DNA from: Alphaproteobacteria bacterium
Lineage (GTDB): Bacteria > Pseudomonadota > Alphaproteobacteria > UBA828
DNA length: 64,000 bases
NCBI GenBank assembly: GCA_965220745.1
Contig: CBDCQT010000013.1
Span: forward strand, 288,001 to 352,000
Reading direction: 5' to 3'
Shown here: positions 10,320-19,277 of the stretch, piece by piece
Layout: each line of letters begins with the position of its first letter
How positions within the stretch are numbered: the first letter of the stretch is position 1
Position numbers and translations under genes: made by a program
Notes under the pieces: generated by a model
What the model saw: only the letters and a program-made list of their open reading frames with translations
What the model was told of the DNA's origin: nothing
The model's database searches: none

Positions 10320-10961
10320 ATGAGACGCTGCCTTCTCCCTCTTCTGGCAATGGTTCTGTTCACGCTGCCGGCGCACGCCGAGCCGCTGGTTCTCGAATGG
10401 CCCTCGCGCGGTGACAGCGGGGACTGGGAGATCGAGGAGTTCGAGGGCGAGACCCGCTATCAAGTGGTCAAGATCGACGGGCGGCGCGTGCTGGAGGCCG
10501 ACAGCTCTGCTACGGCGTCGAGCCTCTATCTCGAGCGGGAGATCGATATCGCGGCGACGCCGATCCTCGAATGGAGCTGGCGGATCGAGAGGCCGCTCGC
10601 GGTGGACGACGAGCGGATCAAGGACGGCGACGACTACGCCGCCCGGGTCTACGTAGTGGCGCCCGGAGAGGGATTGTTCGGGCTGCCCCGAGCGATCAAC
10701 TATGTGTGGGCCAACCGCGCGGAGGTAGGCGAAAGCTGGCCCAATCCGTTCACCTCCAAAGTGATGATGGTTGCGATGGATACCGGGGTTGCCGAGGCAG
10801 GCACCTGGCGGACCCACCGGCGGGACGTCCGTGCCGACTTCCTCCGCCTGTTTGACATGGAGGTCGACGAGCTCGAAGGCATCGCGGTCATGACCGACTC
10901 CGATAACTGCGGGCAGAGCGCCCGCGCCTGGTACGGAGAGTTGGCGTTCCACCCCGAGTAG
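10320..10961 (+). CDS. DUF3047 family exported protein
   Basis: Signal peptide; GDDYAARVYV, AINYVWAN, IAVMTDSDN; start taken at MRRCLL. Confidence 0.85.
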   Translation: MRRCLLPLLAMVLFTLPAHAEPLVLEWPSRGDSGDWEIEEFEGETRYQVVKIDGRRVLEADSSATASSLYLEREIDIAATPILEWSWRIERPLAVDDERIKDGDDYAARVYVVAPGEGLFGLPRAINYVWANRAEVGESWPNPFTSKVMMVAMDTGVAEAGTWRTHRRDVRADFLRLFDMEVDELEGIAVMTDSDNCGQSARAWYGELAFHPE

Positions 10962-11025
10962 CGGAGGCCGCCTTGATCGGGGCGGGGGGCTGTGGTTGTT
11001 TGGCCCGAGCCACCTGCGAGTTCCC

Positions 11026-11910
11026 ATGAATCTGCACCGCACCTATCTGTTCGCTCCCGGCAATCACCCGCGCAAGGTCGCCAAAGTCTTTGGCGCCGGC
11101 GCCGATGCGGTGGTGCTCGATCTCGAAGATGCGGTGGCCGCGGCGGAGAAGGAGGCCACGCGGGCGGTCGTGGTCGAGGCGCTGCAGGCGCCGCGCCCCT
11201 GCCTCGGCTATGTGCGGGTGAACGGGCTCGATACCGACTATTGCTACGGCGACCTCCAGGCCGTCGTCGCGGCGGGCGTGGACGGTATCCTGCTGCCCAA
11301 GGTCGAGGCGCCTGGCCAGCTGGAGACGGCGGACTGGCTGCTCGGCCAGCTGGAGCGCGAGCGGGGGCTGGAGCAGGGCGCGATCGACCTGTTGCCGATC
11401 ATCGAGACCGGCCAAGGTGTTGCCGCCGCCCAGGCAATTGCCGGCGCGGAGACGCGGGTGCGCCGGCTCTCCTTCGGTGCCGGCGACTACACCCGCGACA
11501 TGGGCATGGTCTGGACCGGGGCGGAGGCCGAGCTTGCGCACGCACGCGCGTGCATCGTGCTCGCCTCCCGCGTCGGCGGGCTGGAGGCGCCCATCGATAC
11601 GGTCTTCATCGACTTGGCCGACGACGAAAACCTGGAGCGCTCGGCCGAGACCGCGCTCAGCTTCGGCTTCCAGGGCAAGCTCTGCATCCACCCCAAGCAG
11701 GTGGAGCCGGTCAACCGCGTGTTCACGCCGAGTGCCGACGCCGTGGCCCAGGCGGAGAAGCATGTTGCCGCCTTCAAGGAGGCGGAGGCGGCGGGCTCCG
11801 CCTCGATTCAGGTGGACGGCTACTTCATCGATTACCCGATCTACGAGAAGGCCGAGCGGGTGCTGCGGATCGCCGAAGCGATCCGGCAGAGGGACTCGCA
11901 GGCCGGCTGA
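11026..11910 (+). CDS. CitE/HpcH-like CoA-ester lyase
   Basis: LFAPG, DAVVLDLEDAV, YVRVN, IIET, GKLCIHPKQ. Confidence 0.9.
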   Translation: MNLHRTYLFAPGNHPRKVAKVFGAGADAVVLDLEDAVAAAEKEATRAVVVEALQAPRPCLGYVRVNGLDTDYCYGDLQAVVAAGVDGILLPKVEAPGQLETADWLLGQLERERGLEQGAIDLLPIIETGQGVAAAQAIAGAETRVRRLSFGAGDYTRDMGMVWTGAEAELAHARACIVLASRVGGLEAPIDTVFIDLADDENLERSAETALSFGFQGKLCIHPKQVEPVNRVFTPSADAVAQAEKHVAAFKEAEAAGSASIQVDGYFIDYPIYEKAERVLRIAEAIRQRDSQAG

Positions 11911-11924
11911 ACGGGAGACGCGGG

Positions 11925-13472
11925 ATGTTGATGTCCGGCGAGGAATACCGGGAGTCGCTCAGGCGACTCACGCCCAGGGTCTATGTCGATGGCGATGAGG
12001 TCGCCTCCGTCGCCGACGAGCCGCGCTTCGGGCCGGGAGTCGCAGCGCTTGGACTGGTGTACGATTTCGCGCGCGACGAGCAGCACAAGCACACGATGGT
12101 GGCGGTGGAGGAGAGCACCGGCGCCGAGGTCCACCGCTTCCTCCACATCAACCGCTCGACCACCGACCAGCTCCACAAGTTGGAGGCGGTGCGCCTCGTC
12201 TGCCAATACACCGGCTGTGCCCAGCGCTATCTGACCCAGGACGGCCTCAACGCCATTCACCAGACGACGTGGCGCATCGACCAGGAGAATGGCGGCGCGC
12301 TCCACGAGCGCTTCCTCGCTTACCTCCATCGGGTGCAGGCGGAGGACCTCACCCTCGGCGTCGCCATGACCGATGGCAAGGGCGACCGCTCGCGCCGCCC
12401 CCATGCCCAAGCCGTGCGCGACTCATACGTCCACATCACACGGCGGCGGCCGGATGGCATCGTGATCCGGGGGGCCAAGGCGATCGTCACCGCGGCGCCC
12501 TACGTCCACGAGTATCTGGTCATGCCCTGCCGCAATATGACCGAGGACGACAAGGATTTCGCGCTCTGCTGCGCGGTGCCGGTGGATGCGGACGGCGTCA
12601 CCATCGTCGCGCGGCCGGCGGGCCGGCCGGGAGAGAAGGCCGCCACGTTCAGCGCCCGCTACGGTCAGTCGACCGGCGTGGTGATCTTCGACGACGTGTT
12701 CGTGCCTTGGGAGCGCGTGTTCCTGGCCGGCGAGTGGGAGCATTCGCAGTATCTGACCCAGGCCTACGCGACCCATCACCGGCATTCCTGCATCGGCGCG
12801 CGCGCGGGTTTTGGGGACCTGCTAATCGGCGCCGGCGTGCTGATGGCCGAGGCCAACGGGCTCGAAGTCGAGCGCACCTCGCACCTGCGGGACCGCATGG
12901 TGGAGCTGATCAAGATCGTCGAGGGCTTCTATGCCTGTGGCGTGGCAAGCTCGGTGTACGCGACGGCAGATGGCTCCGGCTGCGTCGAGCCCGACCGCGT
13001 GTTCGCCAACATTGGCAAGCTGCTGCTGTCCACGCAGATCTACGACATGCACCGCATCGCGCACGAGGTCTCGGGCGGGCTGGTGGTGGCCCTGCCAGGG
13101 CCGGACGAGGACCACAACCCGGCGACCGCAGGAACGCTTGCCGAGATGCTGAAGGGGCGGGAAGACCTGCCCTACGGCGAGCGCATGGAGGTCGCGCGCC
13201 TGATCGAGGACCTGACCGCCTCCGGCACCGCCGGCTGGTACTCGGTCATCAGCCTGCACGGCGGCGGCTCGCCGCAGGCGACGGGACTCGAAATCTTCCG
13301 CAGCTATCCGGTCGAAGACAAGGTGGCGCTGGTCGAGAAGCTGCTCGACCGAGGCGTGCTCGCCGACGAGAGCGGGGCCGAGAGTCGCGACCGCCAGCCG
13401 GGGCGGTGCTGCCCCATCGGCTGCAAGGAGCCGTCGGAGGCACCGGCCCTGCCGAAACGAGCACACAATTGA
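11925..13472 (+). CDS. 4-hydroxybutyryl-CoA dehydratase / HpaB-fold flavoprotein
   Basis: MSGEEYRESLR, AMTDGKGDRS, GIVIRGAK, FDDVFVPWERVF, LHGGGSP. Confidence 0.8.
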   Translation: MLMSGEEYRESLRRLTPRVYVDGDEVASVADEPRFGPGVAALGLVYDFARDEQHKHTMVAVEESTGAEVHRFLHINRSTTDQLHKLEAVRLVCQYTGCAQRYLTQDGLNAIHQTTWRIDQENGGALHERFLAYLHRVQAEDLTLGVAMTDGKGDRSRRPHAQAVRDSYVHITRRRPDGIVIRGAKAIVTAAPYVHEYLVMPCRNMTEDDKDFALCCAVPVDADGVTIVARPAGRPGEKAATFSARYGQSTGVVIFDDVFVPWERVFLAGEWEHSQYLTQAYATHHRHSCIGARAGFGDLLIGAGVLMAEANGLEVERTSHLRDRMVELIKIVEGFYACGVASSVYATADGSGCVEPDRVFANIGKLLLSTQIYDMHRIAHEVSGGLVVALPGPDEDHNPATAGTLAEMLKGREDLPYGERMEVARLIEDLTASGTAGWYSVISLHGGGSPQATGLEIFRSYPVEDKVALVEKLLDRGVLADESGAESRDRQPGRCCPIGCKEPSEAPALPKRAHN

Positions 13473-13507
13473 ACACATGACCTGAACAGCCAAAGGAAAA
13501 ACAGACC

Positions 13508-13996
13508 ATGTCCGTCGAACAACGCCTTCAGCGCCTGGAAGATATCGAGGCAATCAAGCAGCTCATCGCCCGCTACATGACGGCGGCGGATAAGAATGGC
13601 GATCCGGAGTTGATGGAGCCCTGCTTCACCGAGGATGCGGTCTGGAACGCCGAAGGGATCGGGCGTTGGGAAGGCCGGGACAATATCGTCCAGGGTCTGC
13701 ACGAGACTTCCACCAAGGTGCTCTCGTGGGCGCTGCACTATGCGACCCAGCCGATCATCGAGGTTGCGGACGACGGCCAGAGCGCTACCGGCGAGTATTA
13801 CCTGTGGGAGCTCGCCAAGGCGGTGCAGGAGGACGGCAGCCCGGACCAGGACACTTGGATCGGCGGCTGGTACGAGTCCAAGTTCCGCAAGGAGGGCGGC
13901 GACTGGAAGTTCAGCCACATCGAACTGATTCTCAAGCTGCTGAGCCCCGCCAACGCGCCCTCATGGGAGACGCCGATCCCGCCCTGGACGGGCTGA
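13508..13996 (+). CDS. SnoaL/NTF2-like (LinA/BaiE-type) protein, paralog 1
   Basis: RLEDIEAIKQLIARY...D, FTEDAVW..EGIG, H in WALHY, Y...F.K.GG.WKF. Confidence 0.85.
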   Translation: MSVEQRLQRLEDIEAIKQLIARYMTAADKNGDPELMEPCFTEDAVWNAEGIGRWEGRDNIVQGLHETSTKVLSWALHYATQPIIEVADDGQSATGEYYLWELAKAVQEDGSPDQDTWIGGWYESKFRKEGGDWKFSHIELILKLLSPANAPSWETPIPPWTG

Positions 13997-14015
13997 CCGC
14001 GCAAGGGAGACGCCC

Positions 14016-14507
14016 GTGGGAATCGAAGAGCGGCTGCAGCGCCTCGAGGATATCGAGGCGATCAACCAGCTGATCGCGCGCTACGCGCAGGCGGTGGATC
14101 ACAACGGCGACCCGGCGCTGGTCGAGCCGCTGTTCACCGAGGATGCGGTATGGCATTGCGAGGGCATCGGCCATTGGGAGACGCGCGCGGGCATCCTGCG
14201 CGACATTCGCCCCAACTGCACCACCTTCATGCCCTGGGCCATGCATTACATGACCCAGCCGGTCGTCGATGTGGCGGCGGATGGCCTGAGTGCCACCTCC
14301 AACCACTATCTGTGGGAGCTCGCCAAGGTGACGACGGAGGAGGGCGGCGCGACGCGGGATACCTGGATCGGCGGCTGGTACGATTCTCGGTTGCGCAAGG
14401 AGGATGGCGCCTGGAAGTTCGCCCGTATCGACCTCACGCTCAAGCTCTTCAGCCCGGCCGATGGCCGCGCCTGGGAGACCCGGATCGCGCCCTGGACTCC
14501 TGATTAG
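14016..14507 (+). CDS. SnoaL/NTF2-like (LinA/BaiE-type) protein, paralog 2
   Basis: Co-linear with the previous ORF (shared YLWELAK and DTWIGGWY); GTG start. Confidence 0.85.
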   Translation: MGIEERLQRLEDIEAINQLIARYAQAVDHNGDPALVEPLFTEDAVWHCEGIGHWETRAGILRDIRPNCTTFMPWAMHYMTQPVVDVAADGLSATSNHYLWELAKVTTEEGGATRDTWIGGWYDSRLRKEDGAWKFARIDLTLKLFSPADGRAWETRIAPWTPD

Positions 14508-14579
14508 GGCGTTTCCCGACCTGATGGAGTCGTACTCAGTCGTTGTACGTTCGCTTGTCCGCATACCGTGTGGTCCAAG

Positions 14580-14692
14580 CCCCCCACCTCACCCCGGCCC
14601 TCTCCGCCCCCAGGGGCGGAGAGGGAGAGCAGGCGGCGCCTTCTACGTTCCCCCTCCGCCCTTCGGGGGGAGGGGGACAGGGGGAAGTGGGG
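14580..14692. repeat. Second REP-like double-hairpin family, copy A
   Basis: CCTCACCCCGGCCCTCTCC...GGAGAGGGAG...GGGGGAGGGGGACAGGGGGA; lies between convergent genes; second copy at 28301. Confidence 0.8.
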
Positions 14693-14778
14693 CCGTGCGG
14701 GCCACCGTAACTCGCTAAGCTCGGATAGTGTTTGGGCTGGCGGCTTCTGGTGGGGCCGCCGGCGTCGAACCTCGGGTG

Positions 14779-15549
14779 TTACTTGGGCGCCATCCGGAGC
14801 GCGCCGTCGAAGCGGATCACCGAGCCGTTCATGAAGGTGTTCTCGGCGATGTGCACGGCGAGCGCGCCGTACTCGTCGGCGGTGCCGAGGCGCTTCGGGT
14901 AGACCGTCGTCTCCAGCAGGGACTGCTTCACCGGCTCGGAGAGGCCGGCCATCATCGGCGTGTCCATCAGCCCCGGCGCGATGCAGTTCACGCGGATGCC
15001 GTCGCGGGCGAGCTCGCGCGCCATCGGAATGGTCATCGCGGCGACCCCGCCCTTCGACGCCGCGTAGTCGAGCTGGCCGATCTGCCCCTCGAAGGCCGCG
15101 ACCGAGGCGGTGGTGACGATGCAGCCGCGCTCGTTGTCCTCCATCGGCTCCATCGCGGCCATGTCGGCGGCGGCCAGGCGGCACGAGTTGATCGTGCCGA
15201 TCAGGTTGACGTGGACCGCGCGGGTGAGCTTTTCCAGCGGGCTCGCGTTGCCGTCCCGGCCCACCAGCTTGGCGCCCGGCGCAATGCCGGCACAGGCGAC
15301 CATGATGCGCGCGGGTCCAAGCGCGTCCCGCACCTGGACGACGGCGGCCTCGTGGCTCGCCGCATCGACCACGTCGCAGACGGCTGCCGCGCCGCCGATC
15401 TCGGCTGCGACCTTCTGCGCCAGCTCCTCGTTCATGTCGAGGATGCCGACCTTGGCGCCAGCGGCGGCGAGCTGCCGCGCCGTCGCTTCGCCCAGTCCCG
15501 ACGCGCCGCCGGTAACGATCGCCGTTTGCCCGCTGATGTTCATGTCCAA
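14779..15549 (-). CDS. SDR, 3-hydroxyacyl-CoA dehydrogenase type II (HSD10-like)
   Basis: TGGASGLG, ASVAAFEGQIGQ, YAASKGG, RFDGALRM. Confidence 0.9.
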   Translation of the reverse strand: MDMNISGQTAIVTGGASGLGEATARQLAAAGAKVGILDMNEELAQKVAAEIGGAAAVCDVVDAASHEAAVVQVRDALGPARIMVACAGIAPGAKLVGRDGNASPLEKLTRAVHVNLIGTINSCRLAAADMAAMEPMEDNERGCIVTTASVAAFEGQIGQLDYAASKGGVAAMTIPMARELARDGIRVNCIAPGLMDTPMMAGLSEPVKQSLLETTVYPKRLGTADEYGALAVHIAENTFMNGSVIRFDGALRMAPK

Positions 15550-15620
15550 CTCCCTTCGAATTCCGGGCGTCTACATAGCAAACCGCCGGTGCGCGCAAAA
15601 GACGCGGGGCAAGCGGCAGG

Positions 15621-16538
15621 CTACGGGCCGATGGCGGTGGGGCGGCGGCCGGCGAGGAGCGCTTCACGGCGGGCGATGTAGACAGCGCTCGCTACGATGA
15701 AGACCGCGCCGACCCAGGTCCAGATTCCCGGAAACTCGCCGAACGCGAACCAGCCGATCGCGACCGCGAAGGGGAGGCGGGTGAAGTCCAGCGGCACGAT
15801 GGCCGTCGCTTCCATGATCGAGAGCGCGCGCGCCATCGAGAAGTGCGCGATCGTGAGCACGCAGCCGATGCCGAGCAGCCAGCCCAGCTGCTCCATGGTT
15901 GGCATCTGCCACCACCAGAGAGCGGGGCCGAGCGAGATCGGGGTCATGATCAGGTTCATGTAGAAGACGATGGCCAGGGGCGATTCCGAGCGAGCGAGCA
16001 GGCGCACCAGCGCCATCGAGGTGGCGAACATCAGCGCCGCGAAGATCGCGAGCAGGCCGCCGACCGACATGGTCTCCGCGCCCGGTTGCAGGACGATCAA
16101 GACGCCGGCGAAGCCCACCACGGTGGCGACCCAGCGGCGCGGGCCCACGCGCTCGCCCAGCATCAGGATGGCGACCGGGATCATCCAGAGAGAGACCGTG
16201 AAGTTCAGCGTGATGGCTTCCGCGAGCGGTGTGATCTGCAGCGCCGAATACCAGGCCCACATGGCGCAGACGCCGATCACGGCGCGAATGGCGAAGAGGC
16301 AGAAGCGGCCCGGCTCGAACGAGCCGAAGCCGATGCGAAACATGAAGGGCACCAGGATCAGGGTGCCGATGCCGTTGCGGATGAAGGCGATCTGAAACAC
16401 CGAGATTTCCGCCGAAATGTGGCGGATCGCCGCCGACATGCCGGCGAAGCAGGCGCAGGTAAAGACCATCAGGAGCACGCCTTCCCAGGTGCGCCCGATG
16501 GCGCGGCCGCCCGCCCGTTCCGTCGACTGCGTGCTCAT
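15621..16538 (-). CDS. DMT/EamA transporter
   Basis: About 10 TM helices; LGERVGPRRW and FGEFP motifs. Confidence 0.9.
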   Translation of the reverse strand: MSTQSTERAGGRAIGRTWEGVLLMVFTCACFAGMSAAIRHISAEISVFQIAFIRNGIGTLILVPFMFRIGFGSFEPGRFCLFAIRAVIGVCAMWAWYSALQITPLAEAITLNFTVSLWMIPVAILMLGERVGPRRWVATVVGFAGVLIVLQPGAETMSVGGLLAIFAALMFATSMALVRLLARSESPLAIVFYMNLIMTPISLGPALWWWQMPTMEQLGWLLGIGCVLTIAHFSMARALSIMEATAIVPLDFTRLPFAVAIGWFAFGEFPGIWTWVGAVFIVASAVYIARREALLAGRRPTAIGP

Positions 16539-16698
16539 GGCGGGCGGCCTGCTCCCTTGCGCCGCTCGCCTGGCGTCCCTCCGTTGCGAGAATGTCAGTG
16601 GTTACAGGCGGCGGATTCGTTCGCTCACGCCACCATGCCACATCGGCCCGCCGGTCGCAGCGGGGGCAGCAGGCGGGAGCGCCCGCCTGCAAGCCGGT

Positions 16699-17412
16699 TC
16701 AGTACTTGTGGCAGCCGAGGCAGGTGAGCTGAGCGCGCTCCTCCGGCTGGTCGAGCTGGCGCTGCGCCATGAGCGCGTAGGGAGTCTCCGGCAGCTCGGT
16801 GATGATTCGGTTGAGATAGATTTGCGCCTCGTCGCGTCTCTCCAACAGCCACAGGGCCTCGGCGAGCGCGCCCAGCAACTCGCCCTGGCCGTGCAGCGAG
16901 AGAGAATCGAAATAGGGTTCTTGCAGCTCGAGAGCCTTGGTGTAGTCGCCGACCACCGTCTCCAGGAGCCCGATACGGGTCGGGGCGTGCGTGATATACG
17001 GAGCGACAGAGAGGTAAACTGCCGCTCGCGGGATCAGCGTCTGCAGGCTGTCGGGAGCGAGCGCCACGGCGCGGTCGAATTGGGCGACGCTCTTGTTGTA
17101 GAGCGCCATGCCCGCATCCCGATCGCCCTGGGCAAAGGCGAAGCTTGACTCATAGAACCAGCCCGACGCCTGCCAGACCAGGGCGCCCGGATGGTCCGGG
17201 TCGTCTGCGAGCGTCTCTTCGCACATCGCCATGCCGCGCTGCAGCGCGTCTTGGTTTCCGGCGAAGCCGGCGAAGAAGAGCTCCCGGACCTTCTCGTCGA
17301 AGCGCTCCGGCTCTTGCGCTGCGACCGGGAGGGTGAGCACGAGCGCCGCCAGTAGAGCGATGAGGCCGAGGACGAGGCTGCCCCGGCGCCCACGGTTCGC
17401 CATGATGTGCAT
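16699..17412 (-). CDS. Exported TPR-like helical protein with a C-terminal CxxCH
   Basis: N-terminal signal peptide (VAA|QE); helical repeats (FDRAVALAPD); ends TCLGCHKY. Confidence 0.65.
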   Translation of the reverse strand: MHIMANRGRRGSLVLGLIALLAALVLTLPVAAQEPERFDEKVRELFFAGFAGNQDALQRGMAMCEETLADDPDHPGALVWQASGWFYESSFAFAQGDRDAGMALYNKSVAQFDRAVALAPDSLQTLIPRAAVYLSVAPYITHAPTRIGLLETVVGDYTKALELQEPYFDSLSLHGQGELLGALAEALWLLERRDEAQIYLNRIITELPETPYALMAQRQLDQPEERAQLTCLGCHKY

Positions 17413-17430
17413 GTCGTCTCTCCCCTTCGT

Positions 17431-17736
17431 TTATACGCCGGCGCCTTCGCTCTCCAGAATCTCACGCAGATAGGTGACATGGTTCTGGAAGGCGCGCCGT
17501 CCCGGCGCGGTGATGCGGACGCGGGTTCGCGGCCGCTTGCCCGCAAAATCCTTCACGACGGTCACGTATCCGGTCTTCTCCAGCGTGGTGAGGTGCGACC
17601 CGAGGTTGCCGTCGGTGGCGCCGGTAATCGCCTTGAGCCGGACGAACTCCAGCATCTCGCGGCGCGGCAGGGCGTTCAGCGCCGACATGATCTTGAGCCG
17701 CGTCGACTGGTGGACGATCTCATCGGGGGCGCTCAT
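17431..17736 (-). CDS. Winged-HTH transcriptional regulator (HTH_34/MarR-like)
   Basis: HQSTRLKIMSAL, TDGNLGSHLTTLEKTGYV, K.F.GKRPRT. Confidence 0.9.
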   Translation of the reverse strand: MSAPDEIVHQSTRLKIMSALNALPRREMLEFVRLKAITGATDGNLGSHLTTLEKTGYVTVVKDFAGKRPRTRVRITAPGRRAFQNHVTYLREILESEGAGV

Positions 17737-18299
17737 CAGGCCCGCCGCATCCAGACGCCGCCGAGGACGAGGGCGCCGCCACCCGCAAGCGGAACGATCA
17801 AGTGCAGGTGCGCCGGCGCCAGGACGAACACTCCAACCGCGAGACCGCCCAGAGCCACGCCTACGACTGCATAGCGGAGACCTATCCAGCACCCCGCGAT
17901 GGCGTAGCCCGCCGCGACCAGCAGGGTGAAAAACATCAACACTCTGCCACCCGAGGTCGGCGCGAAGATCATCAGAGTGAGCCCGATGAATGCCGCGAGC
18001 ACGGCGGCCGACCCCACGTAACGGAGGAGGCGCACGCGATCGCCCGGCTCGCCGCAGCGCCGCGCGTGACGGACGATCAGGAGGGCGGTGCCGAGGAAAC
18101 CCGCGATATCGACCGCGCCCCAGACGATGCCCGGATTCGCGGTTGAGAGGGCATTGACGGCGCCGGCGACGATCCATAGCGCGCCCCACAGCAGCAGGTA
18201 GGGGCTCGCCACGCCGTACCCGAAGAGCGTCCGGCTGCGGCGTTCCGTGGTCTCGATGTCGTGCAGTGCCGACTGGGCGTCGTCCTTGCTCACGCTCAT
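17736..18299 (-). CDS. Membrane protein (about 6 TM)
   Basis: Hydrophobic; stop overlaps the regulator start (TGATG). Confidence 0.75.
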   Translation of the reverse strand: MSVSKDDAQSALHDIETTERRSRTLFGYGVASPYLLLWGALWIVAGAVNALSTANPGIVWGAVDIAGFLGTALLIVRHARRCGEPGDRVRLLRYVGSAAVLAAFIGLTLMIFAPTSGGRVLMFFTLLVAAGYAIAGCWIGLRYAVVGVALGGLAVGVFVLAPAHLHLIVPLAGGGALVLGGVWMRRA

Positions 18300-18348
18300 G
18301 GCTCGCTCCACGCCTTCGGACCAGTGACGACGGGCAGTATACGCGAAT

Positions 18349-18369
18349 TTGCTCTGCAATGCAGAGTAA
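18349..18369. promoter_or_regulatory. Palindromic operator of the membrane protein-regulator operon
   Basis: TTGCTCTGCA-A-TGCAGAGTAA (9/10 symmetric) about 50 nt upstream of the first gene. Confidence 0.6.
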
Positions 18370-18386
18370 TCTGTATGCCAAAACGT

Positions 18387-18416
18387 CTTGATTCAGGCCA
18401 ACGCGCTCCCCACATT
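18387..18416 (+). promoter_or_regulatory. RpoH (sigma32)-type promoter
   Basis: CTTGAT-N15-CCCCACATT upstream of a small heat-shock gene. Confidence 0.65.
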
Positions 18417-18421
18417 CAGGA

Positions 18422-18531
18422 TTGAGAGGTAGCCGGCCGCGTAAGGGCTACCGCGATCGGTCGCTTCAGGGTGCGCGCCGCTACCGGGCGCACCCACCGA
18501 CACTCGCTCGACGGAGGAGGGCAAGGCGATG
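18422..18531 (+). promoter_or_regulatory. ROSE-like RNA thermometer in the Hsp20 5' UTR
   Basis: Hairpins GGTAGCC/GGCTACC and GGGTGCGC/GCGCACCC, then CTCGCTC-gacg-GAGGAG pairing UCGCU with the SD and a bulged G. Confidence 0.6.
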
Positions 18532-18957
18532 GCACGCGTTTCACCGTTCAGCAGCCCTCTTCTGCTCGGCTTCGACCGCCTGGAGGAAATGGTCGACCGG
18601 CTCAGCCGTTCCACGACCGACGGGTATCCCCCTTACAACGTCGTGCACCTGGGGGATGAGCGGCTGCGCATCAGCCTCGCGGTGGCCGGCTTCGACGAGG
18701 ACGATCTCGACGTCACCATCGAACGCAACGAGCTGCACATCAGAGGACGGCAAGCGGAGGAGAACGGTGCCGTCTACCTGTATCAGGGCATCGCTGCGCG
18801 CCAGTTCCACCGCACGTTCCTGCTTGCGGACGGGATCGAGGTAACTGGCGCTTCACTCGACAGCGGATTGCTTCACATCGAGCTGACTCGCCCCACCGCA
18901 CCTGAGATCGTGAGGACCATTGCGATCAAAAGCGGCGGCGGAGCAGGCAATGACTAA
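18529..18957 (+). CDS. Hsp20/IbpA small heat-shock protein
   Basis: LLGFDRL, YPPYNV, LAVAGF, GIAARQF.R.F.LAD, GLLHI.L. Confidence 0.95.
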   Translation: MARVSPFSSPLLLGFDRLEEMVDRLSRSTTDGYPPYNVVHLGDERLRISLAVAGFDEDDLDVTIERNELHIRGRQAEENGAVYLYQGIAARQFHRTFLLADGIEVTGASLDSGLLHIELTRPTAPEIVRTIAIKSGGGAGND

Positions 18958-19031
18958 GGGAGGTGTGTCGTGTGTGAACGGCGCGGCGGGTGCTGCTGCA
19001 GCTACCGCGCCTCGGCCCAAGGAGGATGGTC

Positions 19032-19247
19032 ATGAATGATGGCGATCGGGCGACTGCCGGCGAGCGGAGGGAGTATGTGCACTTCCTCACCGGCAACGAA
19101 GCGTACATCCGGGAAGTCCTGGTGGACGGTGCTGCCGTCTACGGCATCCATGCACCGGACGGCCGCCTCCTTGGCGTCGCGCCGGACCGCGACCTCGCGT
19201 TCGCCGCGGCGCGCCAGCACCAGCTGGAGCCGCTCAGCGTCCACTGA
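19032..19247 (+). CDS. DUF1150 family protein
   Basis: AYIR..., YGIHAPDGR.L, A.AAARQHQLEPLSVH; GGAGG RBS. Confidence 0.8.
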   Translation: MNDGDRATAGERREYVHFLTGNEAYIREVLVDGAAVYGIHAPDGRLLGVAPDRDLAFAAARQHQLEPLSVH

Positions 19248-19277
19248 AAGGTGAGATCTGCGCGTCGCTTAGCGCGC

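Noticed and set aside
10992-11924. N-terminal extension making an 826-aa dehydratase fusion
   Set aside because: It overlaps the lyase gene in another frame; the real start is at 11925 after GGGAGA
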